The notes: a model not told the origin generated them from the letters alone. Positions 9,619-19,676 are shown, numbered from the stretch's first letter. The stretch is 64,000 bases of DNA from an uncultured Verrucomicrobiae bacterium (GCA_963827205.1 CAWHAH010000007.1:66979-130978), one strand, 5' to 3'. A program made the numbers and translations.

Positions 9619-9798
9619 TCACCGTCCCGCTGCTATATCAATTTACGGGTGAATGAGGCGAAACGCCGGCTCCGCGAGACGAAGAAGAGCGTGGTGGAAA
9701 TCGCGCTGGACGTGGGCTATGCCAATCCCGGCCATTTCGCGCAACTTTGCCTCCGGGAAACCGGCCTTTCTCCAAGCGATTACCGTCGGCAGCGTTGA
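9619..9798 (+). pseudogene. 3-prime relic of a paralogous AraC-family gene (last ~59 codons only)
   Basis: It reads SPSRCYINLRVNEAKRRLRETKKSVVEIALDVGYANPGHFAQLCLRETGLSPSDYRRQR*, colinear with the end of the intact AraC gene (8507-8686). Nucleotide identity is about 80% by eye. No upstream coding part is present. Confidence 0.8.
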
Positions 9799-9834
9799 AG
9801 CGGCCACACGGCAGATGGGCAGAACTTTTCAAAT

Positions 9835-11364
9835 TCAACTTGCAGGACGCTCCATCACCATCTCAACTTGCATTGAAATTGGCTGCTCCGAGTAATGAAC
9901 ACCCCGATTACGCGACGCTGTCCATTCGTCAGTCAAGCCGCAGTCATCGGCGAGCGCGCGGATATTCAAACGCTCAAGTAGTTCAACCGTTATGGGTCGT
10001 TTCGCGTCGGTGAAACTGAGAGCTTCAAGAAACTCCTGACACTCCTGTGAATTGAGAATCTCTGCCACGACGCGCGCTTCAGTTTCGTCGTCAAACGGAA
10101 CGAAGTAACAAGTGTCGTCAAAAAGCACAGGCTTCTCCTTGACCGGGCCGATGAGCGCGAAGCGCGGGATGCGGTGCAGCCCTGACACTGCAACTTTCCA
10201 AGGTGCAAAGGCGTAATCGCCGATGCCGAAAAGCGCGAATGGAACGCGGTTGCTATAAATGGAACTCTTTCGCGCCTCGAACAATTTGCGGTGTGAATTC
10301 AGGTAGTTCCAAGTGTGCGGCGCGGTCTTTGCAATGACACTGGTATCCTCGCCGACTCTGCGCTGCGTCACGATAACGAACCGCTCCGGATCAAGGCGAC
10401 CGTTTGCAAGGTCAGAGCATTTTAACAGTGGAAAAAGGTAATCCGGCTCGATGCTGACGTGTTCGCCAAGTTTGTTTTCCAGTCCGCGCCCATTGGTTCG
10501 GCGTAATTCCATGACCGAGGCGCAATCGTGCTTCACGCCTGAACGCCACTGATACGGGCAAAGCCCCTCAAGATGCTTGAGCCTCCGATATGTGCGAATG
10601 TCAGAAACCAAATCCTGCCCGGCCAGACCGAGAGTAGTTGAGCGTCGTTTTGCGGAGAGGCTATCGAAGACATCCGCCTCGGAAATCCCAGCTTCGCCGG
10701 TGCGAGCAAGTAAAAGGCACGCATCAACAGACGCGCCAAAATATTTTTTGGCGTCAATTCGGCGGAGCGAAGCGGCAGCAATTCGTCCGTCATTCTGCCA
10801 CGCGAAGCGTAACAGCTTTCGAGCCGTTCCTGTCTTGCAAAGCATGGCGATGGTTGCCGAACGCCCCCGCAATGCCTTTACCAAGTGAATCAGCATCCAT
10901 TCTGAAATATCGAAATTAGATTTGCCTGTTCGCGCTTCAATGCCTCGGAATCCCTGAAAGTTCTCTTTCGCAGGCAGGTTCGAACCGTTCATTGCGGAGA
11001 CTGTGGCATTCGTGACCCACGGCAGATTTCCAAGGACAAGGATCGAGCCGTGAATTTCTGCCAACCCTGCTTCCCAATCATGGGCGAAGAAATCCCGCTG
11101 GCCAATGGAGGCGCGCCTCGCTGCCCCCGCCGAAACCAACGCGGATTTGGACTGCGCGACGTAGTCAGTGTTGATGTCCCAGCCAAGCAGTCGTGCTTTT
11201 GGGAAAGTCTCCGCTGCCGCGACAAGAAATGCGCCGACTCCACAGGTAGGCTCTAGGATTGATTCCGCCTTGACTCCCTGCTGGACAAGCAACGCGCAGA
11301 CCTCACGCGCTAACGCCAATGGCGTCTGAAAATCACCAAACTCAATCTTGGCTGTCGCGCTCAT
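9835..11364 (-). CDS. N6-adenine DNA methyltransferase (type II R-M, with a C-terminal recognition region)
   Basis: 509 aa. The SAM-binding motif I is ILEPTCGVGAF and the catalytic motif IV-like sequence is VLGNLPWV (NPPW class). Its start overlaps the upstream ORF's stop by 4 nt. Confidence 0.85.
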   Translation of the reverse strand: MSATAKIEFGDFQTPLALAREVCALLVQQGVKAESILEPTCGVGAFLVAAAETFPKARLLGWDINTDYVAQSKSALVSAGAARRASIGQRDFFAHDWEAGLAEIHGSILVLGNLPWVTNATVSAMNGSNLPAKENFQGFRGIEARTGKSNFDISEWMLIHLVKALRGRSATIAMLCKTGTARKLLRFAWQNDGRIAAASLRRIDAKKYFGASVDACLLLARTGEAGISEADVFDSLSAKRRSTTLGLAGQDLVSDIRTYRRLKHLEGLCPYQWRSGVKHDCASVMELRRTNGRGLENKLGEHVSIEPDYLFPLLKCSDLANGRLDPERFVIVTQRRVGEDTSVIAKTAPHTWNYLNSHRKLFEARKSSIYSNRVPFALFGIGDYAFAPWKVAVSGLHRIPRFALIGPVKEKPVLFDDTCYFVPFDDETEARVVAEILNSQECQEFLEALSFTDAKRPITVELLERLNIRALADDCGLTDEWTASRNRGVHYSEQPISMQVEMVMERPAS

Positions 11365-12014
11365 ACCAAACGTAGAATGCCCTCGACGTTGCCGGCTTGT
11401 TTGATGACGCGTTTATACTGCAACCGCCATTGGCGTGCGTTCGAAATAGTCAGGTAACCGACTTGCGGCGGGTTGCTGATGATTTCCTCAGCCAGTTTCT
11501 CACACTCAAACTCATCAACAGGCAGATTTCGTTCTTCAAAGTAAGCAAGAATGTCATCGCTGTTCGCGCCATCTTCAATCATGCGGCGCAATGCGACAGT
11601 CATCGAGTGGTCAGCGGTTTTCTCTTTCTGGACGAATATCGTGTGCTGAATGTCGAGCAGGCCTGTTTTGTTGGCTGGATCGTCTCTCTTCTCGTAAACG
11701 AAAATCAGCAATGAGTAGCCAAGTCCGTAAATCTTCTGGCGGGCGTTCTTGAACGGGCAGGAGGACTGTGGCTGCCGAATGCTTGTCGTCTTGATGTCCA
11801 CGTCGAGTCCAGGAAAATCAATGCCTTTTGCCGCACTTCCTTGGTCATACTCGTAGCGAGTTTGTAGATACGCCTGAAACTTCTGCTCCAAATATGTGCC
11901 AACAGCTTTTCCGTCAGTGACACCGAACAACGAAGGTTCTGGCCATTTCGACTCAACTTGCGCGAACGAGATAGCTTCTTGTTGAAGGATTTCGACTGTG
12001 AGCTTGGTTGGCAT
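11361..12014 (-). CDS. Putative type II restriction endonuclease (PD-(D/E)xK-like)
   Basis: 217 aa from the Met at 12014. The candidate catalytic segment is GIDFPGLDVDIKTT (D...D-x-K). It lies directly upstream of, and is translationally coupled to, the methyltransferase. Composition is lower in GC than the flanks. Confidence 0.6.
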   Translation of the reverse strand: MPTKLTVEILQQEAISFAQVESKWPEPSLFGVTDGKAVGTYLEQKFQAYLQTRYEYDQGSAAKGIDFPGLDVDIKTTSIRQPQSSCPFKNARQKIYGLGYSLLIFVYEKRDDPANKTGLLDIQHTIFVQKEKTADHSMTVALRRMIEDGANSDDILAYFEERNLPVDEFECEKLAEEIISNPPQVGYLTISNARQWRLQYKRVIKQAGNVEGILRLV

Positions 12015-12170
12015 AACCGCGATTGTGTCAGATTCACGCTTTCGCGTAAAGCTCGCTGTCTTTTTTGCTGAGCTCGCGGGAATTTTCACTTTCGAGCAAT
12101 CTCGCAACAGGTGGAGCAAGAACACGTGCGACAACCGTGCCCGGGTGATGTAAAGTCACTTCAACATTGA

Positions 12171-13190
<1,020 letters not shown>

Positions 13191-13318
13191 CTTTGGGTGG
13201 CGGAGCACCACCGCCCTGCCGTAATCTGATTTGGCAGGGCGAAGCTGCTGCTTCGCCAAGGCGGCGCGGCAACGCCAGCCTGCCAACAACAATGAGGACC
13301 AGGAAAAGAGTGAAAATT

Positions 13319-14065
13319 ATGAGCAACAACATCAAAGGAAAAGTCGTCGTCATCACGGGCGCGAGCAGTGGACTGGGCGAGGCGACCGCCCGGCTTCTCT
13401 CCGCAGAGGGCGCAACGGTTGTGCTGGGCGCACGGCGTGTCGAGCGCCTCAAGTCATTGGCAGATGAGTTAACCGCCAAGGGCGGCAAGGCGCTCGCCGT
13501 CGCCACCGATGTCACCCACTGCGACCAGGTGAAGAGATTGGTGGATGCAGCCGTCCAGAAATTCGGGCGCATTGATGTCATGATCAACAACGCCGGGCTG
13601 ATGCCGCATTCGCCACTGGAGCGCCTCAAGATTGACGACTGGGACCGGACGATTGACGTGAACATCAAGGGTGTGCTGTATGGCATTGCCGCGGCGCTGC
13701 CGTATATGAAGCAGCAGAAAGCCGGGCATATCATCAACGTCTCCTCGGTGGCCGGACACAAGGTCACCCCGAACGGAGCGGTCTATTGCGCGACCAAGCA
13801 CGCCGTGCGGGCGCTAACCGAAGGGCTGCGCACGGAAGTAAAGCCTTACAACATCCGCACGACGATCATTTCACCGGGCGCGGTAGCGACAGAATTGCCG
13901 GACAGCGTCACCGAGCCGGATATTGCCGAGCGCATGCACAAGTTCTACAAGGACGTCGCGATTCCGGCCGATTCATTCGCGCGGGCGGTCGTCTTCGCGA
14001 TGAGCCAGCCGGACGACGTGGACGTGAACGAAATCCTGTTCCGTCCCACGCGCCAGGAGCTGTAA
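13319..14065 (+). CDS. SDR-family oxidoreductase
   Basis: It has TGASSGLG (TGxxxGxG), NNAG and YCATK (YxxxK). The start at Met 13319 ([14 protein letters not shown]) is preferred over the table start at 13193. Confidence 0.9.
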   Translation: MSNNIKGKVVVITGASSGLGEATARLLSAEGATVVLGARRVERLKSLADELTAKGGKALAVATDVTHCDQVKRLVDAAVQKFGRIDVMINNAGLMPHSPLERLKIDDWDRTIDVNIKGVLYGIAAALPYMKQQKAGHIINVSSVAGHKVTPNGAVYCATKHAVRALTEGLRTEVKPYNIRTTIISPGAVATELPDSVTEPDIAERMHKFYKDVAIPADSFARAVVFAMSQPDDVDVNEILFRPTRQEL

Positions 14066-14140
14066 GTTCGTAGGGAAAAATGAATGACAAAAATGGAATT
14101 ATGCCGTTGACGGAGGAACAATGGACTACGTGTGAATTTT

Positions 14141-14240
14141 CTCCCTCTCCGCCGCGCAGCGGGGGAGAGGGCCGGGGTGAGGTGGCGCGTTCCTTATTCC
14201 CCTCGCCCTGACTCTCTCCCCGCTTGGGCGGGGCGATGGA
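14141..14240. repeat. CCCTCTCC/GGAGAGGG + GGTGAGG nested palindromic element
   Basis: The sequence is ctccctctccgccgcgcagcgggggagagggccggggtgagg...ttcccctcgccctgactctctccccgcttgggcgggg. It lies between the SDR and cupin genes. Confidence 0.65.
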
Positions 14241-14289
14241 AACTTACATAACTCCGAATAGAAATGTATTAAGAAAAGGAGTTCAAAAT

Positions 14290-14685
14290 ATGGAAATCAA
14301 AAGAAATGGCTCACAGCCATCCAACAAAGGACCGGCCGACTGGTTCACCGGCACGGTGCGCATTGACTCACCGTTCAAGGGCAGCGATCCCGCGCGTGTC
14401 ACCGGCGCAATCGTCACGTTTGAGCCCGGCGCTCGCACCGCCTGGCACACCCACCCATTGGGTCAGACCCTCATCGTGACCGCCGGTTGCGGGCGCGCGC
14501 AGCGCTGGGGCGGCCCGATTGAAGAAATCCGACCGGGCGACGTGGTCTGGTTTCCGCCGGGCGAGAAGCATTGGCACGGTGCTGCACCAACGACGGCCAT
14601 GACGCACATCGCCATTCAGGAACAGCTCGACGGTAAAGTGGTTGAGTGGATGGAAAAGGTCAGCGACGAACAATATCAGCGCTGA
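14290..14685 (+). CDS. Cupin-domain protein
   Basis: It has the cupin motifs [17 protein letters not shown] and [22 protein letters not shown] lies 8 nt upstream of the Met at 14290. Confidence 0.85.
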   Translation: MEIKRNGSQPSNKGPADWFTGTVRIDSPFKGSDPARVTGAIVTFEPGARTAWHTHPLGQTLIVTAGCGRAQRWGGPIEEIRPGDVVWFPPGEKHWHGAAPTTAMTHIAIQEQLDGKVVEWMEKVSDEQYQR

Positions 14686-14694
14686 ACAAGGCAA

Positions 14695-14786
14695 AACAGA
14701 AAGGATTCAAAAATACAAAAGCGCAAGCTTGGAAACGGTAAACCGGAAGTCTCGGCTGTCGGGTTGGGCTGCATGGGAATGAGCCT
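14695..14786 (+). pseudogene. 5-prime relic of a paralogous aldo/keto reductase (RBS region plus ~24 codons, start codon ATG mutated to ATA)
   Basis: gaaaggattc..aaaATAcaaaagcgcaagcttgg... aligns to gaaaggattc..attATGcaaaagcgcaaactggg at 12177-12270. It encodes (I)[23 protein letters not shown], and homology then stops abruptly where the 85-bp relic copy B begins. Confidence 0.75.
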
Positions 14787-14867
14787 CGGCAGCGGCGGGG
14801 TTTCCAGTCCGAATTTTTTCGCAATCTCCATCACGCGCGAGATGTCCTGCCGTTGTTGCGGACTAAG
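14784..14867 (-). repeat. About 85-bp coding relic, copy B (see 7593-7677)
   Basis: The minus strand reads ..SPQQRQDISRVMEIAKKFGLETPPLP. It abuts the AKR 5-prime relic. Confidence 0.6.
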
Positions 14868-14928
14868 CACCGATTTCCTCGAAGAATTTTCATCTTGCCC
14901 CAAGGCGCCTTCGCGTAAACTATTGAGA

Positions 14929-16134
14929 ATGAAAACGCACTTTGCCCGAAAAATTCCCGGCGCGGTCACGGCTTTGCTTGCCGCCGGCGTGGCATGGAAC
15001 AGTTTTGCCGCCGAATTGACTTATCCCATCGTTGGCACGGGACAGAAGCTGTGCTACGACAATTTCCGCATCATCGCCGTCCCGTTGCCGGGCCAGGCGT
15101 TTTACGGACAGGACGCGCAGCATCCGGGCAACGCGCCTCATTACCGCGACAACGGTGACGGCACCGTGTCGGATTTGGTCACCGGCCTGATGTGGGTGAA
15201 GGCGCGCGGTGAAAAGATGTCGTGGGACGACGCGATGGCCGGCGCCAAAGCGTGCCGCGTGGGCGGCCATGACGACTGGCGCGTGCCGACGGTCAAGGAA
15301 TTGTACTCGTTGATTCAATTCACCGGTGAATGTTTCGGGCCGATGGCGGGTTCGAAGCCGTTTCTCGACACGAATTATTTCGGTTTTGTCTATGGCGACC
15401 CGGCGCGTGGCGAGCGGGTGATTGATTGCCAGGATTGGAGCGCGACGGAATACGTCGGCACCACCATGAACGGCCAGCCCACGGTGTTCGGCGTGAATTT
15501 CGCGGACGGCCGCATCAAGGGCTATCCGAAATTTGATCCGCGGCTGCGCGGACCGCACAAGCTCTATGTCCGCTACGTGCGCGGCAATCCGGCTTACGGC
15601 AAAAGTGATTTCCACGACAACGGCGATGGCACGGTCAGTGACCGGGCAACGGGTTTGATGTGGTCGAAGGCCGACAGCGGCACAGGCATGAACTGGCCGC
15701 AGGCGCTGGCGTGGGTGCAACAGTTGAACGCAACGAATTACCTTGGCCACCACGACTGGCGGCTGCCCAACGCGAAGGAACTGCAAAGTCTCGCGGACTA
15801 TTCGCGCATACCGGCCATCGCGCCGGTGTTTCAAATCAGCCGGCTGCCGGACGGCGAATACCCATTCTTCTGGTCGAGCACGACTCACTTGGACGGGCCG
15901 CCGGATCGCATGGCGGGCGCAGCAGTTTATTTGAGCTTCGGTCGCGCATTGGGTTGGATGCAATTTCCGCCGGGCCGCGGCGAATTTCAATTGCTGGACG
16001 TCCACGGCGCGGGCGCGCAGCGCAGCGATCCGAAAGTTGGCGATCCCAAAATGTTTCCGCACGGGCGCGGCCCGCAGGGCGACGTGATTCACATCTACAA
16101 TTTCATGCGTTGCGTCCGCGACGAGGCGGACTGA
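14929..16134 (+). CDS. DUF1566 (Lcl C-terminal domain) secreted protein
   Basis: The Met at 14929 gives the signal peptide MKTHFARKIPGAVTALLAAGVAWNSFA. It has two DUF1566 signature segments, HDDWRVPTVKELYSL and HHDWRLPNAKELQSL. The table start at 14764 runs through the relics. Confidence 0.8.
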   Translation: MKTHFARKIPGAVTALLAAGVAWNSFAAELTYPIVGTGQKLCYDNFRIIAVPLPGQAFYGQDAQHPGNAPHYRDNGDGTVSDLVTGLMWVKARGEKMSWDDAMAGAKACRVGGHDDWRVPTVKELYSLIQFTGECFGPMAGSKPFLDTNYFGFVYGDPARGERVIDCQDWSATEYVGTTMNGQPTVFGVNFADGRIKGYPKFDPRLRGPHKLYVRYVRGNPAYGKSDFHDNGDGTVSDRATGLMWSKADSGTGMNWPQALAWVQQLNATNYLGHHDWRLPNAKELQSLADYSRIPAIAPVFQISRLPDGEYPFFWSSTTHLDGPPDRMAGAAVYLSFGRALGWMQFPPGRGEFQLLDVHGAGAQRSDPKVGDPKMFPHGRGPQGDVIHIYNFMRCVRDEAD

Positions 16135-16242
16135 TCGTTTCAACGGTCCGTGAACGGCTTGTCGCTCTGTCTTGTCCGCCATAACCTTGGTGACGGCGGA
16201 AGCCCGGCAAAGGCTGATGCTCGCGAGCCAAAAACCCTGAGT

Positions 16243-16260
16243 GCGCGGACCTGTCCGCGC
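16243..16260. repeat. GCGCGGAC-N2-GTCCGCGC palindrome
   Basis: gcgcggacctgtccgcgc lies 3-prime of the DUF1566 gene. It belongs to the same family as 8742, 43103 and 55885. Confidence 0.6.
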
Positions 16261-16468
16261 TTTCGAGGCGGCGAGATGCCGCTGCAGTCCAAGAATTCAA
16301 ATCGCTTCGTCAGCAGCCTCGCCCCATCCGCTGCGCCTTGCGAAGTCGCGCTCCGGTTTTTCGGCACCTCGCCTCGGCGGGGTGCCGGTATCCGGCCCGG
16401 CAAAAGCTGTATCAAAAAAGCCAAAAAACAGTTTGACACTTATCTTCTGAATCAACAATTGTGATGCC

Positions 16469-16882
16469 ATGATAACTAATTTGAAAAATGCACAGCGATT
16501 ATTCTTCGCGGCCCGCGGCTTCCTGGTGACGGGCGCGGGAACGGTCATGATCGCCGGCTTCATTTGCCTGGCTTCCCTGGACGCGGCGGCTGCCGGAGAT
16601 ACCAATGCCCCCGCGGCGACTGCTTCGATGACCAAGGCGAAGAACACTCAACCTGCGGCCCAACCGGACAAAAAGGCTGAGGCCCGGCCGAAACGGGAAC
16701 TTACCGGTGCCGAGCTTTACGCCATCCACTGCAACCGCTGCCATGCCGAGCGGTATCCCGCCGAATTCACAGACGGCCAGTGGAAAACACTCATGCTGCA
16801 CATGCGGGTGCGAGCCAATCTGCCCGCCAAACAGGCCAGGTTGATTTTGGACTATCTCCAGGACGAGAGCGGCCACTACTGA
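16469..16882 (+). CDS. Small membrane-anchored c-type cytochrome (monoheme)
   Basis: 137 aa with an N-terminal hydrophobic anchor, a single heme motif CNRCH, and downstream Met residues (TLMLHM). Confidence 0.7.
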   Translation: MITNLKNAQRLFFAARGFLVTGAGTVMIAGFICLASLDAAAAGDTNAPAATASMTKAKNTQPAAQPDKKAEARPKRELTGAELYAIHCNRCHAERYPAEFTDGQWKTLMLHMRVRANLPAKQARLILDYLQDESGHY

Positions 16883-16901
16883 ACTGACAGGGACTACCAC
16901 C

Positions 16902-18269
16902 ATGAAGAATCAATCCGTAATTTGGGGAATCGCCGCCGCCGGCTGTGCCATGACCATTGTTTGCCTGCCGCAAGCTTCGGCGGCAGTGAGCGATGAAGAT
17001 TTCAATGCCTTGAAAAAGCTGGTCACTGAGCAAGGCCAGAAGATTGAACAACTGGAAAAGACAAACGCCCTCGACCAGCAGCAAATCCAGCAATTGCAGC
17101 AACAACTGGGACAAACCCAGATCGTGGCAACGAACGCGGCGCAAAAGGTGGAAACCTTGAGCCAAATCCAGCCGACTTATCCGCTGCCTAATCCGATTGC
17201 CGGCGCAACGCACAATTTCATGCTCGTGGGCGACGCCGAGGTGCAATTTGGCAAAACGGCGGGGCAACACAGTGGATTTGCGTTGGCCGATTTCGCGCCG
17301 ATTTTCCTCTTTCGGGCGAACGACAACGTCCTGTTCGAGGCCGGGTTTGACACCACGTTGCAGAACGCCGGCGGCCCTCCGGGCACCGGCGGCGGCGCGA
17401 ACACCTCTTTCAGCATGAGCTTCGGTCAGTTGGATTATCTCCTCAACGACTACGTGACGGTCATAGCCGGCGACATGCTGCTGCCGTTGGGGACCTATAA
17501 CGAACGAAACGCGGGCTGGCTCAACAAAATACCGGACGCGCCGCTGTTGGACGATCAGATCCTGCCGGGCAGCGGTGTTGGCGCTCAATTGCGTGGCGCG
17601 GTGCCGGTCGGTGAAGACGGCCAGATGCTGACCTATTCGGTTTACGGCGTGAACGGACCGGGTTCCGTTACCGGGACGGGGACAGCTTTTCAGACTCCCG
17701 GCGATCCAACTTCGGGCCCCAATCTGGATCTCGGCAGCAATGTCGGCATCCTGGGCGATGGCACGCAGCAAAATCTTCACGGTAATCCCAGTGGCGGCGG
17801 CCGCATCGGATGGTTCTATCCGTGGAAGCTGCATCACGATATCGAGCTGGGAATTTCGGGCCAGTCCGGCGAATGGGACGACGCGGGCAATCACCTCTGG
17901 TCGGCGGCGGTGCTGGACGCCGCGGTGCATCTGGGTCCCTACGTTGAAATCAAGGGCGAGTATGCCAACACCTGGTATGGCACGGATGACGCCGGCACAA
18001 TTCATCCGCACGGATGGTGGGTGCAGGCGGGCTACAAACTGGCTGGTTTGAACCTCAATCTGCCCTTGGTGAACGATGTGGAACTGGTCGGTCGTTACGA
18101 CGGGTTAAACGACGGTTTGGGAACCAAGACCGACCGGTACACGACGGGCTTCGTCTATTACATCAACAACACGTTGTGGTTTGAAGGCGATTACGAATAC
18201 TTGTCCAGCCACGGCCCTGCCGGCCTGCCGCCCAACGACTTTGTTTTGCAACTTTCCTACGGATTTTGA
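16902..18269 (+). CDS. Outer-membrane porin with an N-terminal coiled coil (OprO/P-like)
   Basis: It has the signal peptide ...CLPQASA and a Q/L-rich coiled coil (KIEQLEKTNALDQQQIQQLQQQL). The body has alternating beta-strand character and ends in ...LQLSYGF, with a C-terminal Phe. Confidence 0.75.
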   Translation: MKNQSVIWGIAAAGCAMTIVCLPQASAAVSDEDFNALKKLVTEQGQKIEQLEKTNALDQQQIQQLQQQLGQTQIVATNAAQKVETLSQIQPTYPLPNPIAGATHNFMLVGDAEVQFGKTAGQHSGFALADFAPIFLFRANDNVLFEAGFDTTLQNAGGPPGTGGGANTSFSMSFGQLDYLLNDYVTVIAGDMLLPLGTYNERNAGWLNKIPDAPLLDDQILPGSGVGAQLRGAVPVGEDGQMLTYSVYGVNGPGSVTGTGTAFQTPGDPTSGPNLDLGSNVGILGDGTQQNLHGNPSGGGRIGWFYPWKLHHDIELGISGQSGEWDDAGNHLWSAAVLDAAVHLGPYVEIKGEYANTWYGTDDAGTIHPHGWWVQAGYKLAGLNLNLPLVNDVELVGRYDGLNDGLGTKTDRYTTGFVYYINNTLWFEGDYEYLSSHGPAGLPPNDFVLQLSYGF

Positions 18270-19127
18270 TGAAAGCGCTATTTATGCAGACTCCACCACA
18301 ATCTAAAGCATGGCGTTGGGCACTCGTGCTGGGTTTCCTGGTGCTGAGTGCGGCCACAGTTTACACGCAGTCAACTTCATCCCCAAACGCCGTGGTTAAG
18401 CCGGCGGAAACGGGCGGCATGACTTCCGTTGTTTCCACCAATCCAACTTACCTTCACGACATCCTGCCGCTCTTTCTGGGCAAATGTTCCCGCTGTCATA
18501 ATGATCAGACCACGTTCCTGCCCAACTGGCTGGACTACAAAACGGCTTATGCGCACCGCGCCGAAATCAGAACGTCGTGTGTGGAACAGTTGGAAGGAGC
18601 AATATTTCAAGGAATCCATGCCCGTGGCGAACTGTCCGGAATGCCGGACCATCACCGAGGGCGACCGCGCGCTCATCAAGGATTGGGTGGACACCGGCGC
18701 GGCTTATGGTGTCCCGCCAATAACCAGCGTCGCCAAAAACAAAGGCGAACGTATTGAGTATGGGAAGCGCCTTTACACCATCACGTGCGTGCCTTGCCAT
18801 CAGGCCAACGCTCAGGGAATTCCCTATCGGTATCCGCCCCTGGCGGAGTCTGACTACCTGAACGCGGATAAAGACCGTGCGATCAAAGTTCTGGTCAACG
18901 GGCGGCAAGGTCCCCTCATGGTCAATGGGCTGGGTTTCACCAACAGCATGCCAAAATTCCCTTTGACCGACGAACAAATCGCCAACGTGCTGACCTATGT
19001 CTATAATTCTTTCGGCAATTCAGGAAATGAAGTGACTCCTGCGGAGGTTAAAACTGCCCGCGCGGAGAAAGTGGAAACCACCGCGCCGCCAGCGATAAAC
19101 AATGCCGCCCCGAGTAAATTTGAATAA
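18269..19127 (+). pseudogene. Two-domain c-type cytochrome (planctomycete-type PSCyt1-like domain plus class I cytochrome c) with a 1-nt frameshift near 18570
   Basis: Frame A (18269-18757) gives a signal peptide and CSRCHNDQ...AHRAEIR, then junk. Frame B (to 19127) continues RRVWNSWKEQYFKESMP...LIKDWVDTGAAYG and a second heme site, CVPCH. The conserved domain is split across the two frames. The ATG overlaps the porin stop (TGATG). Confidence 0.75.
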
Positions 19128-19250
19128 GCGGAAGAAATTCTTTATCGGCGAACCGCCAGAGTTTGCGTCTTGACTTGAGCGTAAAGCCGGGACGCATTAG
19201 TCTTTCCGGCATTGAAACAAATTCACGTTCCCGGGATTAAAGGACCATTT

Positions 19251-19676
19251 ATGAAACGCAAAGCATCGGCAGTCTGGCGCGGCAGTTTGAAGGACGGCAA
19301 GGGCAGCCTCTCCACCGACAGCGGTGTGCTCAAGGAGACGCAATACTCGTTCAGCACGCGCTTCGAGAACGGCATCGGCACGAATCCCGAGGAACTCATC
19401 GCCGCCGCCCATGCGGGCTGCTTCGCGATGGCGTTCTCGGCGGAACTGGGCAAGGCCGGCTTCACGCTCGAATCCATCTCCGCCACGGCGACAGTCACGC
19501 TGGACAAGACCGACGCGGGCTGGACGGTCACGGCGTCGCATCTGGACGTGTCGGTAAAAATTCCCGGCGCGGACCGGGCAAAGGTTCTCGGGGTGGCCAA
19601 CGTGGCCAAGCTCGGTTGCCCGATTTCGCGTCTGCTCAAGGCAAATGTCACAATGGACGCAAGGCTGGAAGGGTGA
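19251..19676 (+). CDS. OsmC-family peroxiredoxin
   Basis: The sequence runs MKRKASAVWRGSLKDGKGSL...HAGCFAMAF...LGCPISRLL, with both conserved Cys present. The Met at 19251 is preferred. Confidence 0.9.
   Translation: MKRKASAVWRGSLKDGKGSLSTDSGVLKETQYSFSTRFENGIGTNPEELIAAAHAGCFAMAFSAELGKAGFTLESISATATVTLDKTDAGWTVTASHLDVSVKIPGADRAKVLGVANVAKLGCPISRLLKANVTMDARLEG

Noticed and set aside
10975-10995. A GGTTCGAACC-like sequence resembling a tRNA T-arm. I also made a general search of the intergenic spacers for tRNA, rRNA or tmRNA.
   Set aside because: The motif lies inside the methyltransferase coding frame, with no acceptor or anticodon stems around it. No intergenic spacer shows cloverleaf potential by eye. 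A tRNAscan/Infernal run would be needed for certainty.
13193-13318. N-terminal extensions in the ORF table, for example 13193 for the SDR, 14224 for the cupin, 23625 for the malectin gene, 26929 for TonB-like, 28055 for ExbB, 49587/50494/51949 in the efflux operon, 56823 and 58256.
   Set aside because: The extensions run through repeats or neighbouring genes and have junk-like composition. Internal Met codons give canonical N-termini, such as signal peptides, lipoboxes, Rossmann motifs or RBS-like purine tracts. The shorter coordinates were therefore used.
16433-16468. A TTGACA hexamer 30 nt upstream of the small cytochrome gene, considered as a sigma-70 promoter.
   Set aside because: No acceptable -10 hexamer lies at 16-18-nt spacing; the best candidate is CAATTG. 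Promoter consensus in this lineage is also uncertain. This is not enough support to annotate.
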